A stretch of DNA of 64,000 bases. Source: Ylistrum balloti. Lineage: Eukaryota. Where the stretch lies: the NCBI RefSeq assembly GCF_031769215.1, contig NW_026782190.1:1364001-1428000 (forward strand), read 5' to 3'. The stretch's first letter is position 1; each line of letters starts with the position of its first letter. Both the position numbers and the translations under genes were made by a program. Shown here piece by piece: positions 1-12,382 of the stretch. The notes beneath the pieces are model-generated. The model worked only from the letters and a program-made list of their open reading frames with translations. It ran no database searches and was not told the DNA's origin.

Positions 1-699
1 GTTCATACAGACGGAGTAAATAATCATATATTTACACACATAAATGCACGCATACATAGCTACAAATTTATTAGTATTTCAATCTTATAAGATGAATGTA
101 TATATATGCCAATTGAAACTCTATACATTAAAACAGCCACAGCAATATACAGGGGAAAATGCATAATTAAGACACTGAAACACACTTGTATAAAAATGCA
201 TGACTGACAACAATTTTACTGATATATGGACCTTGATTTCATGCATTTGTTAACATCAAGGTTCATTTGATAATTAATTAATGCTACTTCATACAATAGT
301 TTAGTATTCACGTTCTAACATGTATAATTGTTTACATATACATACATACACACATGCATACATTGTACGTATATATACATGTACACTTACATGTGCATCC
401 TCGCACATACTTCCCTAATGTGGTGACATACTTGCATACAAACAATATACATAATGCAAATACGAGTCAATCAAACAACCAATTTGATCTAAAAGTCCAT
501 TATATTCCCGCATAGGCCAGCTGAAGCTTTCATCATACATTTCTATTTTCCATGCCATTTTTTTTCATATACATATATATACACATATATATATATCTTC
601 TAACACACACTCATAAACAAAATAAATATTTTACAACAAACCTGATCCTAGCATTGCAGCATGTTCTATTGGGGAAAACAAACCCACACAAACATTATT

Positions 700-1270
700 G
701 ATACGCACACCTGTTTCTATAACAAAAACACCTTCTTTTCTAGTATATCAGTGTTCTTACTTTAAGAGAAGTTGACATTTTTAAAATGATTTTTCAAAGC
801 GATGGCCATATGATATAAGTACGAAATAACTTGTTATAGGTTAGCTCTTTCCACAAAACAAAAAAAATTCTTTGATACCAAATTGCTCAATTCTTTTAAT
901 ATCATTACTCTTTATACGATTTAATCAATTTCTTAAATCAATCCATATTTCGTTAACCTTCGCATAATAAAAAGATGAATGTTCTAGCGTTTCTGGTGCA
1001 GCTCTATTAAAGGCACATAATATATCACGAACTGCATTGATTTGATAAAAGAAAGTATTTGCAGTTAAAATCCTGTGTTGAATCTTATATTGTAAATTTT
1101 GAAATTTGGTATTCATTGTAATTTAAAAGCTTATGCTGACAAACGAACTGGTCTATACTATCGAGATTGTGTCCCTGGGTAAGAAGCTTATCCCTGTTCT
1201 GTAAGTATTCATCAGTTACAAAATGGTTCTGACTGTTCAAGGGTCGATAAACCCAACGAACAATCAAATT
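700..1270 (-). mobile_element. Decayed 3' remnant of a Tx1/L1-type non-LTR retrotransposon ORF2 (zf-RVT-like region)
   Basis: ORF 925-1116 reads KFQNLQYKIQHRILTANTFFYQI...LCAF...ETLEHS...V.EIW. This matches the known FQYKILHRILxTN...CxFC...ETxEHLF..C..V...W pattern of the L1/Tx1 ORF2 C-terminus. Frameshifts and stops flank it, and the 3' boundary is approximate. Confidence 0.7.
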
Positions 1271-1529
1271 CTAATCATCGCTTGTATGTGGAAATGAAAA
1301 TATGACTAACTCCATCGTATTAACCAAGATTTAAGTTTCTTTTAGTAAAAAATGGAACATTAACGCCAATCTGGGTTTGCTAAAACCCAATTTGTAAACG
1401 AACAAATGTTCCAACACTTATGATCATTGTCCAGTCATAATATCAACACAAGTCTGTCTGTCCGAATTCACAATCATTGATATACATTGCACTTAGTTCA
1501 ATTATCAAATCAGATTGATGTTAATATAA

Positions 1530-1759
1530 ACTTTATTTATTTTACAACAATTGCGAAACAAGTTATATCAACTTATACTAATCACTCTTGTTGGCCCGGA
1601 TGTAAGCGTGCGAGGGGTCTTACAGTGGGAGGAAACCGGAGTACCCGGGGAAAACCCACATGATCGGGCAGGTAACCCCTAACCTTTTCACGTCCGTTCC
1701 GGGAATCGAACCCCGGTCGGTTAGGTGAAAGGCATTACCATTGCGCCACCCGGCCACCC
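1530..1759 (-). mobile_element. tRNA-derived SINE with a V-domain core (BivaV-like)
   Basis: The minus strand starts GGTGGCCGGGTGGCGCAATGG (A-box), then GGGGTTCGATTCCCGG (B-box), then the V-domain motif GGGTTTTCCCCGGGTACTCCGGTTTCCTCCCAC and an AAATAAATAAAG-type tail. There is no tRNA acceptor-stem closure. Confidence 0.85.
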
Positions 1760-2275
1760 TATTTATGTGACGTTGTAACTAAGCTTCGGACAGCTGTACT
1801 GAATCTGTATCTATGCAGTTTGATGACACAAGTCATAACATCGAGTCATCTAACAATTGTTTCTACCTATCAAACTCTAATTTTGTATTAAATCCGCTAT
1901 TCTCTTCTGTGTCTTTTTTACAGTCTTGAGCGATATCATCCTCGATTCCATTTTAATTGGTGTGCTGTGGTAATAAATCCTTCAGCACGTCTTACCTAAT
2001 CAAGCCAATTTGGTGTATGCATCGAGTCCATAGGTATAGTATCTAATAGCTAGTATTTACTGATGGCACTGTTATAATTGACGGTAATTGGTTTCAAATG
2101 ATTTCTCAAAAGTGTGTTAAATCCTGTGACATTATGAGTTAATTTAATATCATCTTATTCAATGCTATACTGTTGTACTTAAATACTATTACATCAGGCC
2201 GCTGAAACGCTTGGTTTTCGTATCACCTATTCCTTCATTTTGTAGGCGTTCCTACATCCGTTTTAGTCAGTTACA

Positions 2276-2355
2276 TTTCCGGAAACGTTATCCAAACTGT
2301 TTTGCCTACTACGTGTACTGATCATCACGTGACTAGGGTTAACGGGCTATATAAA
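2276..2355 (+). promoter_or_regulatory. Possible Pol II core promoter cluster
   Basis: Palindrome TTTCCGGAAA (2276-2285), E-box TCACGTGA (2325-2332) and TATATAAA (2348-2355) lie within 80 bp. No downstream gene could be assigned. Confidence 0.25.
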
Positions 2356-5272
2356 ACAATGCCACAGTGCATGATCATGAATATCTAAAACGTGCCTTGA
2401 AATTGTACTGCTATCCTTATAGACGTATCCCCTTGAGAAAAAGCTGTATTGCTTATTTTCAAGTTATGTAACTGCTAAGAAGCAATGCCAAACAGAACCA
2501 TTACGACTCGTTCTACGCGTAAGATATTTGACCGAGCCAGACATTGTGATAAATATACTGTACAAAATATAATCGTGGCGTCAGCTTCGTCCAGTCTAGT
2601 TTATTCAGTCTCAACGATTCCGACCTCGTCAATTTATGATTTATGTATAGTTTGTCATCACGCCATCCCTTGAACTGGCATCCCATGAAAGGTGGCGGAC
2701 TTTTATTCATAACAAATATATTTATGTAAAACAATCATATTTTTTCTATTTTACGAAAACAGCAACTGATACTGATAGCGACTGCAATCCAGATCAATAC
2801 GTAGAGGTAGACATTCATTATCATTATTTTCATTTTGACAAGTTGACTGTAATAACTATTTTTTTATTACTGTATGTAAAATGTCAATGTGTTTATGAAA
2901 TTCTAACAATTTTATTTAAAAGTCTAAAAAGTTTGTTCTGTGACAGATGAGTGCGCGAAGAGAAGCATTTTACAAATATAAATGAAAAAACAAACCTGTG
3001 TGCCGTGAAAAATAATTCGGTACATGATTGGTGCATTCACTTGTTTCATACGAAAATACACTATAGAAAAAAGAAGAGAAAAAATGTCCCAGCTGCGCTT
3101 CAAGCCCTTTAGCCGTAACAAGTCACGTTGTCCAGTTTATTTACAGTCAGCTAGTTCTGAATTATGCCCTCTTTTAACGCTTACTTGATATTGTCATTGG
3201 CCCCATCACATATAAATCATTTGTAAGGATTATATAACATATTTAACTTCTGGGAACTGAAGGTACCTCTAACTAATAACCATTTGTTGCCGCTTAACTA
3301 TATGAACGACGCCATCTTGTGTATGACCTTGACCTTGAGCCAGGATGCAGACGACGTTTTAACATGATTTAGAACTAGGACGGTTCTCTCCCTAACGTGT
3401 GCTAAAAAGAAATTTGTTTGACGTAAAAATAAATTTGTTGTTATGGATCTTTCAAATACGTTGTTAACAAAATGGTGGGTCTTGAACAGACGTTTCTGAA
3501 CTCTGTAATTCGATAGTGTATATTTCGGCAATTAAAGCGTGTGCAATGAAACCATGTGGTCAGATCATCTAATTTAAACATGTACTCGGATCAGTTGTAG
3601 TATGGTCGCTTCCATCCTTGAATCAAACAGTAGTATTATCATATAAATACTGTATAATCATTTTAGATTGGTCTTCCACAAAAATCTTCCATTAAGAAGT
3701 CTTACAAGGTCACAAACGAACGCAACTACAAAAATGTTGTTTCAAATCACATCGTTAGACTAGTGATAGAACGTTAGTGTCAAAGATTTACTTTATTTTT
3801 TACATCATATTTTGAGTGGATAAACATATTTTGCACAAATCAAAATCGTGTATGAAAGCAGAATATCACCCTTGTAACATAGGTCGAATAGGACAGCGGA
3901 AATCCTGTCTTAGCGATACTAATGGAATACCTTTGGTCTGACGAAGATGTGGAATAGGTGTTATATTCCAATATCATTGTGCAGGCTCTCCGCTCATGTC
4001 TGTGATTCGATAAGCTGATATTTCTGATAGCCTAAGGAAGTCCAGACATGATCGATTCGGTGCTAGATGCCGTTTATTGACTTCTGATCTACTTATGGGT
4101 ATATGTAGTTTCCTCTATCGTGTTGTAAATCTACTCTCCATAATGGCTTATTTAAGTCAAGGTCAGAATTGGGAACTTGCCAGTAAAGTTAAAAGTTGAA
4201 TCCAATTTAAAAGTGATATATTTTGCATGCGATTTAATACGAAGTAACATTTGCTCGTCGTCGCCGGCTCGTCACATTAACGATGTACGTCTCTCCCGGT
4301 GGAGCAGACATCAGATAAAATCCGAATATCTTTTTATTGTGATCCGCTGAGTGTTAGCCGTTTTGATGAAAAATCTCAGTGACAGTTACACAGTACTGTT
4401 TCTCTGCTTCACCTTGCTGTACAGGAATGTGTTGACCTATTAACAATTTCTTTGTATATTTGCATATCTAGATTTGGCTTGGCAAAAGTACAAAAAAAAG
4501 TCTAGCGTGATCCTGCACTTTTACATTATTGGTCTTTGCTGTGGCCATATGATCATGTGAACTACTCAGTATATTGTAAAGTATGGATTGCATGACGTTG
4601 CATTTAAGAGTAAATATACAACTGAATATACCCAGGAGCATGAAACTTATAACACGATCACCCTTGCCATTAGAAATCTACTACAGTGTCACAAACATTC
4701 TTGCATAGTGCAATTTCCGCTGTCCACCTTTGTAAGAAAAGAAAATTCATGAAATTGTGGGAACGACGCTCCTTCTCCTGTTTCACTTGTATTTCCGGGT
4801 ATGTTTTTACTTTTGTCTGTATGATATGTTATGAGTAACGTTGATTTTGTGATTTTCACAGATAATACTATCAGCCTGCTTACGCTTTTCTTCTGTATTT
4901 TCAATTTGCCTTCCAAAAGGGAAATAGGATGTAGAGTAGTCGTAGAGGTATCAGGCTGGAAAAAAAGGGGGAGTAATGGTATATAGCCCAGTGATGAATC
5001 TAAATTATTGTATGAGACTGAAGTGCATGAAACTGGATTTCATTTATCAAGCGTCCCTTATTAATAGAAAAGAGGTCCAAGTTAGCGATTAACCACGGAC
5101 TTTCAAATATATTTGACAGAGAGCTGATCACTGCCCTTGTGATCCTCGATCTGTTCTTTCTCACACATACTGTACTGTTTCTGGTTTACCTCCATAATGT
5201 TAATAGATATTGACTAATTAACTTATTGCAGTCTTAGAATCTGTAACCTTGCAACTTCTGTAAAACTTACAG

Positions 5273-5333
5273 GTCCGACATGATGGAGGAATGTATGTAG
5301 ACAATTCTCAGTTGGTACCTATTCTAGTGCAAG
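5273..5333 (+). CDS. Candidate internal coding exon (VRHDGGMYVDNSQLVPILVQ), gene unidentified
   Basis: Acceptor ...aaaacttacag|, donor CAAG|gtaaat, 61 nt, open in phase 0 to phase 1. No partner exons were found. Confidence 0.25.
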
Positions 5334-5361
5334 GTAAATACTACCGTGGCTGAGGTCAAGG

Positions 5362-5658
5362 TCAAACCTTGATGTTCTCACTATGGAATTGTGATATGTC
5401 CTTCTGCATTAGCAACCATGGGGGAGAATACACTGGCATAGCCGCAAAGTTAAGTGGCACACGGTACATGGCTAAATGCGTATCAACAGGTTTCATATCA
5501 TATGTTAGGCTTTCTGAAATTATCAAATAATCGTAAGAAAATGGCTGTCTTGTGGCTATGGTACTACCTATATTCACATCTGAAGGATTCTCTTTAAAAT
5601 GCATCAGGAGCGATTTAAAAAAATGGGTCTGGGCAAAGTAGAATCTGTAGATCGACAT
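5362..5658 (-). mobile_element. Possible I-group (Nimb/Ingi-like) LINE ORF2 fragment between RT and RNase H
   Basis: 98-aa ORF with a true ATG and protein-like composition. The motifs KENP...QPF...SPPWLL resemble the PPW-containing linker that precedes RNase H in I-group LINEs. Recognised from memory only. Confidence 0.3.
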
Positions 5659-6115
5659 TCAGATGTAGAGAATATTTTTATCTGTGTCAAAACAATTTCC
5701 TCAAAACCAACTTTGCTCTCAACAATCAAAGTATTACACTAAATACAATAAAAAATGACAACCCGTTAATTAGCACCTTTCAATACAAATTTATAGTTAG
5801 ATAAAATAAAGTCAAATAATGGTTGATAAATCAAACTACATGATACAGATGTGTCATTCTTTTAGGATCCGTGAGTGTTGCTAACTGCTTGAAAGTTTAA
5901 AACCTGGTAGACTTCGGAAAATCCAAAGCAGTCGAAAATAATTCCAAACTTTAGATTGGAGATGGGAGATTCTCCTTAATTCAATAAATCTACTAATATT
6001 CCCATATGTAATATTCTAAAAGAACGTCAAATGTGTGTTTTGAGCCGTGCCACTATTCGAATGACTTACATGGCATGTAACTTAACCGTGTAAAATTGAT
6101 GATCTGATTTCATCT

Positions 6116-6322
6116 TTACCCCAAATCAGATAAAATAAGGCCGTAAGACTCCTTAAAATGTACAGAGCACATTTGAGTACACGACGTATTTCTTTGCCAA
6201 TGGCGTTCAAATTCGTACGTTGCCAGTTTAGCTGATTTAAATGAACGTGAAACTGGACGGAATTTCTCCTCTTTGAATGTCAACGATAATGATATCGAAC
6301 AATCACTAGGAATAGCCCTCAA
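6116..6322 (-). mobile_element. Possible THAP-domain remnant (P-element/Harbinger-type)
   Basis: The frame contains W...MCSVHF, resembling the THAP CSxHF signature. The N-terminal CxVxGC motif is not recognisable. Confidence 0.2.
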
Positions 6323-9076
6323 AAGTAGATCTTACATATATTCATTAGAATCAGGGAATCAATTATCCCGAAAGAAAATGTCACTGTCCTGTTTAATATT
6401 TTGTTAATGCATGTATTTAGTTTCCGTCTATAATTTTATGTAAAAAAACAAAACGGCATGGAACAGTTATCTGTATAATTTTTTTGTTTTTCATTCTTTG
6501 AAGCTGACACACATGACATAAATCAATGTTGAGTTGTTCCTTGAGGAAAACAAATATACTTGAATGTCACTAATCTGAATATACAAAAGAGATAGACTTT
6601 ATCTAGGGTGACCACATTAGCTTGTTCGATTCGTCACGCATACGATATTATGACTACAAATCAAGGTCTTCTTCGCCACTGTTATAAGAGTTAAAATGGA
6701 AATTTCATTTGTTCGTTTCTTTGGGATCCTGACAACAACCTGTGTTACTTATAAATTATATCCACAATTGATGTTGTCTAAAGAAATTCCTTATAGCAGC
6801 ATCACACTCCAGTATCATGTTATCATGGAAATTACCCCGGTCACGTAGTACTGGCAACGGGTAAACAAATCTTTAATGCTAAGTAATACCTGAACGGCAT
6901 GCGGAGCGAAGCAAATACCCTTTATGATGTAATAAGGTTTGGGTTATTTAGGAAATAACACCCTCAACCTATCGGCCTTTAATAAACGTTCAAAGTTAAA
7001 CCTAAATATGAGATCATGTCCACTGAGGCGTGGATAGAGGGAAAGGAATGGTTAAGGATAGATAACGGATGGATATACCAAATTAAGTCGATACTACAAG
7101 TCTATGGATAACCACATTACATATCATGCGAGAAATTCGCTAAAAAACTCTAATAAGGAAACAAGTAAAGAACACTTGAAGGATATCTTTATAAACCATC
7201 TTGACTAGGGTATTAATGTCCCGGACAGTTACCTCAGTCATTAGCACCGACACTAGCCCTGGATATAATAAAGAGGATAGCCATTTGAATCTGGCCCGTG
7301 CATAAAGTGCCCTGTATATCAAGCCGTTAATATGTGGCCCCGTGTGTCCCTATTACCATTATCGATCCAGATGTGCTGCCCTAATGGTTAAAAACACACG
7401 TTAATGGCAGATATGATAAAACACAGCACAACTTGAACATTTCGAAATTACACCGGGGATCTATATCTTGTAGAAATTGCTTAATATCTAGTTCTAATGC
7501 TGGATAGGGTGATAATTCAAAACAAATGGTAAAACCTAATATGTCAAGGTCACCAATGTTAGTAATATGTCTAATGGGAGTCTTCGATAAACACGTCTTT
7601 ATTAACAATTTTTAAGTGTCATAATGCCATATTTAGGTTATCTTCATTTTCATAGTAAAACGTTCAATAATCGCTGTTTGCATCAGCAACAACGACAAAC
7701 CGTTCTACCCTACTTAAAACACACAAACAAGTTCTAATCTGCTCTTGTTGCGAATTGATTATTTTCCTGAGCTGAAATGTTACAGAAAATCAATAGTTTC
7801 AAAATTATTATCTAAACCTTAAACTTGATTAGTTTAGGTAACTCCATATAAATACAAAATCATTGTTGCTGTGTGAAAGATGAATCAATTGTACATTCAA
7901 TAAACACTGCTGTGTAGAACGTTTGTAAATGCGTGAACGCAGCAATCCAGTTCACACTCATACTTCAAACTCAAATAGACACAAGTTTGACATGTTACAT
8001 GGAGACGATTCTCCCGTATGGATACATGTTCCAACGTAATGACAGACCATTTATCAATGTTATTTGGCTGCTATGGCACTTTTGATATTATGCAAAACAT
8101 ATCTAAATCAGTAGAGTTTTGCTTCTGTAACAACTAATGATAGATGACGTCAAACGTGTTCCAGCTTTGACTTGTACGTGATGAAATATAGTCTGTTCTT
8201 ATAACAGAAACAGTAGAAAATTGAAGTTTGACGTTTAGATGACGACACGGTTAACGCCATTCTATTTCCATTACCACCTTAACAAAATGTTGCGACAACT
8301 TATAATTGTTGTAAATACTTGCTGCAAGAAAAGGGAAATGCAGGCAGATAGAGATAATGGCTTAATTTCACTATCGTCTGAATGATCGCAATGTACCTTT
8401 ATTTTTTTTTTATTTTTAATGTGATAAAAAGTCGGATACATTTTATGTCAATCATCTTGGTTCTGTTGTTATTAGCCTTGTTCTCATACAAGAAAGTGAC
8501 ATTGATCAAAATTAACGCTGAAGCAGAAAAAATCACTCTTCAGAAATACCTGGTCTTTTTTCTCAGTATGCATTTTCATGGATCTCCGTCTAAACTATTC
8601 GTTTGTTAATATTCTACCTTAGGATAATTGTACTTGAAATCGCATTAAGATTTTGTTGACATGCCGCCATTTTCTTTGTTGTTTTGGTACTTTTATTTTA
8701 ATATTGTGCAGTGGACCAATGGTATGTTTACATGTATGACAGTTTTTGGTGTATAATCAACTCGGATACGAGCATTTAACAGTCAATACCAGAAGATAGA
8801 TCAATAATACGACAATTTCTGTGTTAGAGATGTTACTTTCTCCTAACGCCGTCACGATTATCAATTTATTAATACTTGTTCGATAAAACAACGAAGATCA
8901 ATCGTATAAGCATGGACTGTGACAAGGCCAATCCAGGAGCACTGCCGTAAAACATATAGATGATATTTGGGGACAAAACATGCAATCTCTGTTATATTTA
9001 CTTATTAATCATTATGGAAAATGTGGATGACGTTTATGAGCTTATCAAGAATGCTTTTGCCAATTTTGAAAACAGC

Positions 9077-9141
9077 CACCTAGATTTTCAACATTTTCGG
9101 TCTTAATGACTGATGAGTATTTGAAGAAGTAACGTTTTGAT
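9077..9141 (+). ncRNA. Highly degenerate copy of the hammerhead-bearing repeat
   Basis: CTAGATTTTCAACATTTTCGGTCTTAATGA-CTGATGAGT is homologous to 53955-53994. Stem II and the GAAA core have decayed. Confidence 0.35.
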
Positions 9142-9699
9142 GCAGTTTAATGAATTCTTTTTAATACCGTTGTTTATTGTCTTTTGTACAATCGGTATAG
9201 GTTCATTATGATTGTGTGGATGACAATGGTGTTCACTGATCACGTGATCATCCATGATAGTTTTATAGTGCAATCACACTAAAATAACTGAACTATAATT
9301 CGGACATGTTAGCATTCTCATTGTACTGACAACAAGATTAACACAACTGACATACATTAAAGATGGTCGTTACGATGAGGTTTCTAAATACTAATTTTCA
9401 GCAAGTTTAAACTTTTCTTTTTTTTAAAGCGAAACATTGCAGAGCATAATGAAGAATGACTTCTATGTTTATAACATCTAAGTCAATTAGAGTTTCTTTA
9501 TATTTGCTAATGCTGAAACTATTTTACAATAAACATATACAATAACATTTTCATCACTTCCTTTTACAAACACTTTGGTTGTTCAGAAGTATTATAACAT
9601 CCAATTTGAATAAATGATCTCCAAGATGGATAAATTATTTTTGTGCATTGTGTGGCAAAAATAAAGAGAAAATACCATCATGTCAACATAACCATGATC

Positions 9700-10180
9700 C
9701 AAAAGAAAATAAAACTAGGATAAAGTACCAACAAAAGAAAGAATTACAGAGACTCATGAAAAAGTATTAGGAGAATAAGACCGTGCTTCGTCGATGACAC
9801 ACGCAATATTAATGTCATGTTCTCAAATGAGAACAAGGTAAACAACAGCAGAACCAACAGGCAAACTAACAAGCATCAAACACCCCAATCTTCATATCTA
9901 TCATATTTCTGAATGATTTTAACGACCATAATTGTTTCCATCATTGTCACTAACCATCACCTTTTGAATCCCTGTGTTTCGAGTTTGTCCGCGAGTTGAC
10001 GACTGCTTGCAAAAACAAAAACCGTGATACTATGTAATGGGAATATGCCTTTGAAAATCAAATCGAAAATCACCTGTGACATATAAACACCATATATTTG
10101 TAATGTAGGGAGGTTGCTTTCTAGAAATGGCAAGCCATTTATCAAATATCCCCGTTAACAAACTCTCAGCTGTTCACATC
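9700..10180 (-). mobile_element. Penelope-like element (PLE) RT C-terminus plus 3' end, decayed
   Basis: ...IFDK..NGLPFLESNLPTLQIYGVYMSQVI...SRQLADKLETQGF matches the FPFLSSNIPxSPAYGVYISQLIR...LTxKLLxQGF pattern. A YGR remnant follows, then the GTGTC..CGACGAAGCA motif (9781-9804, minus) shared with the repeats at 23874 and 24352. Confidence 0.75.
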
Positions 10181-10968
10181 ATTAGGTTATTTTGTCAAAC
10201 GTGACTCATGAGACCGTGAACATGGATAAAGGTTTCTTTCTCACTCCCCGAATGTTATCAGTATCAGGTAGATAATCACAACTTTCGTGATCCCATGTCT
10301 ATTGCTTAGGAACATCAAATGTCAATGCTAAGTTTTTCACAAATGTGACTTTTGTAACAGTGGGTATGGGTCATGACCATTTTGTATTGTATATCATGAG
10401 ATTTTCGCCTCATGTTCATTTGAAGCTCTGATAATTATTTAAAAGGGCTATATAAGTGTAACAGAATTTCGCCTCCCTGTTCATGGACGAATAGGGCGAA
10501 ATTGAAAGGACAGTGACCATTTCCCGGTATACATTAGGTGAGCCTCATCTAGCGAACGTTTAAAAAAATTCCATTATTAGCATTCTGCCCTTGGATATGA
10601 ATTAGTCATTTCTTTAGCAAACGCTATCGACATCAATCCTTAAAATTTTTTTACCAAACAGCATAAACCAACCTATTTTTGAAAGAAATAATAAATACTC
10701 TCTGACGACGGACGAGGGAGGACATACGCAACATAAAAACATGTAATATGTGTTGCAATACATGTTGATTTATTTTTAAAAATGATATATCTTGATGTAT
10801 ATGACGACGCAGATTATCTTAGGAAAGTTTGAGCTAGGGACAATGTACCTAGCCGTTTAATTTCACATTCAGATATATCCATAACGTCTTTTCATTCGAT
10901 AACAAGAAATTCATTGCCCACATTCGTTGCGTTTACCCGCCATAATTGGCAATCAAGGACAGAGTTCC

Positions 10969-11415
10969 CTACATTAGCCGCTTATCTTCAGCTTTTCCCA
11001 CAACTAAAACCAACCTGCACAGCTTTCTTTCAAAGTGTGTAAAACGCGTGATGATTTCAATTTCCCTATTATGAATTTTCCCTTTTTGGATAGCAATATC
11101 TCTACATCCCCAGCTTAATGGTGTTAACGTGTCGAACGGTTTTACAGATGTAGGTTGATGAAAATTAAGGAAAATTTTACAGTCGTCATTAAATCTGAGT
11201 TTGGATAATGATTGTGTGGACATATAGGTATTGGTATTTTTTGTTATTTTCTTACCTCAGTATGTACTAGAATTGGTTACGTCTACATGTGACGAGACGA
11301 TTGCAGTAAATATCGACAATAACCTAGCATCGGAGAGTACAGATATATTCCCTGTAGTGGTATGAATATCCCTAATATCACTCATTGATACCATCTCTTG
11401 ATCCACTGTGGGCTG
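10969..11415 (-). pseudogene. 149-codon reading frame with one internal TGA; unidentified coding remnant
   Basis: The frame QPTVDQEMVSMSDIRDIHTTTGNISVLSD...STY*GKKITKNTNTYMSTQSLSK...KRLM* is continuous apart from TGA at 11257-11259. That length is unusual for AT-rich noncoding DNA. Confidence 0.3.
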
Positions 11416-12342
11416 TTAGGTCCTGGCACTGATCGTTATGTATACAGCCAACACTTAGGAGGAAACACCGACCAAGTTTACATTATTTCATAGGAGACTG
11501 TAATTTGTTTACCGTAACCTACGTATAAGATATGCACTTTGTGGATAGTTTCGTGTTGCAGGTGGCAGTTGGCATCCCTGAGTGTTGTATTCTAGACGTC
11601 CTATCTTCAATCGGCGCACAGTTCCTGACAGGGTACATGTTCATAGACTATTTTACAGCAATTTCACCGCAGCCTACCCCTGCAGTATGTACAGTGTACT
11701 TCAGTAATCTAGAACTGTTGGCTGTATACCATCACATAGTTTGTTGTAGGCTTCAAAATATAACAAGAAAGAAATTCAATCGTTTTGAAATGTTCTTTTT
11801 ATGAAATGTAAAAAAGAATATTCCGCATAGCACCAACATTACCAATATATCGTTTTCGCTTTTTTAGGGAAAGCGGATGACTCTTTCCGTTCTTTCCTAA
11901 TTGTCACTTATAGGAAAGCTTGAGATTGATCAAATTAAAGGGCTACTTCGTCTCCATATCCAGAGTTTGACATTTCCGTTGATTTATTTGAGTTTCCTTT
12001 GTCACCTCCTAGGTTCTTATACACTTTTTTGTATTAAGGACTTTAACATCACCTCTAAAACGACGATATAACTGTGTTATTCAGTTAAATCAATTTAGCT
12101 ATACTCTATCTAATTCTGAATTGAAGGTTACTTATACATTTTATGCATTTCGTACAGCTCTTGAAGAGATTGCAGGTTGTCGACACTGCTTCCTTCCTTT
12201 CGTGCCATTCATCTGAATGGTGACACGGTTCAGAATATACAGATGCACTTTATTTCATTTTGTAATCATCCAGTAATGAAAAATAGCGTTCCTTCGACCC
12301 ATTCCTCATTCCTCTCCTGTATAAACGAGTTATGCCCTCAGC

Positions 12343-12382
12343 ATCACTGACGAGCTCTAGATGAACGGAACAGCTGTTTGAT
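12343..12382 (+). ncRNA. Minimal type I hammerhead ribozyme motif, near-intact (PLE/retrozyme type)
   Basis: ATCA-CTGACGA-GCTC-tagat-GAAC-GGAA-CAGCTG-TT-TGAT. Stem I ATCA/TGAT pairs, the CUGANGA core is intact and stem III carries the palindrome CAGCTG. Deviations are GAGC>GAAC in stem II and GAAA>GGAA. Confidence 0.6.

Noticed and set aside
1695-1759. tRNA gene
   Set aside because: A- and B-boxes are present, but there is no closing acceptor stem and the sequence runs straight into a V-domain. It is a SINE head.
3327-3338. TGACCTTGACCT / AGGTCAAGGTCA direct repeats (also near 5353) as nuclear-receptor elements
   Set aside because: This motif is common in molluscan interspersed repeats, and there is no independent support for function.
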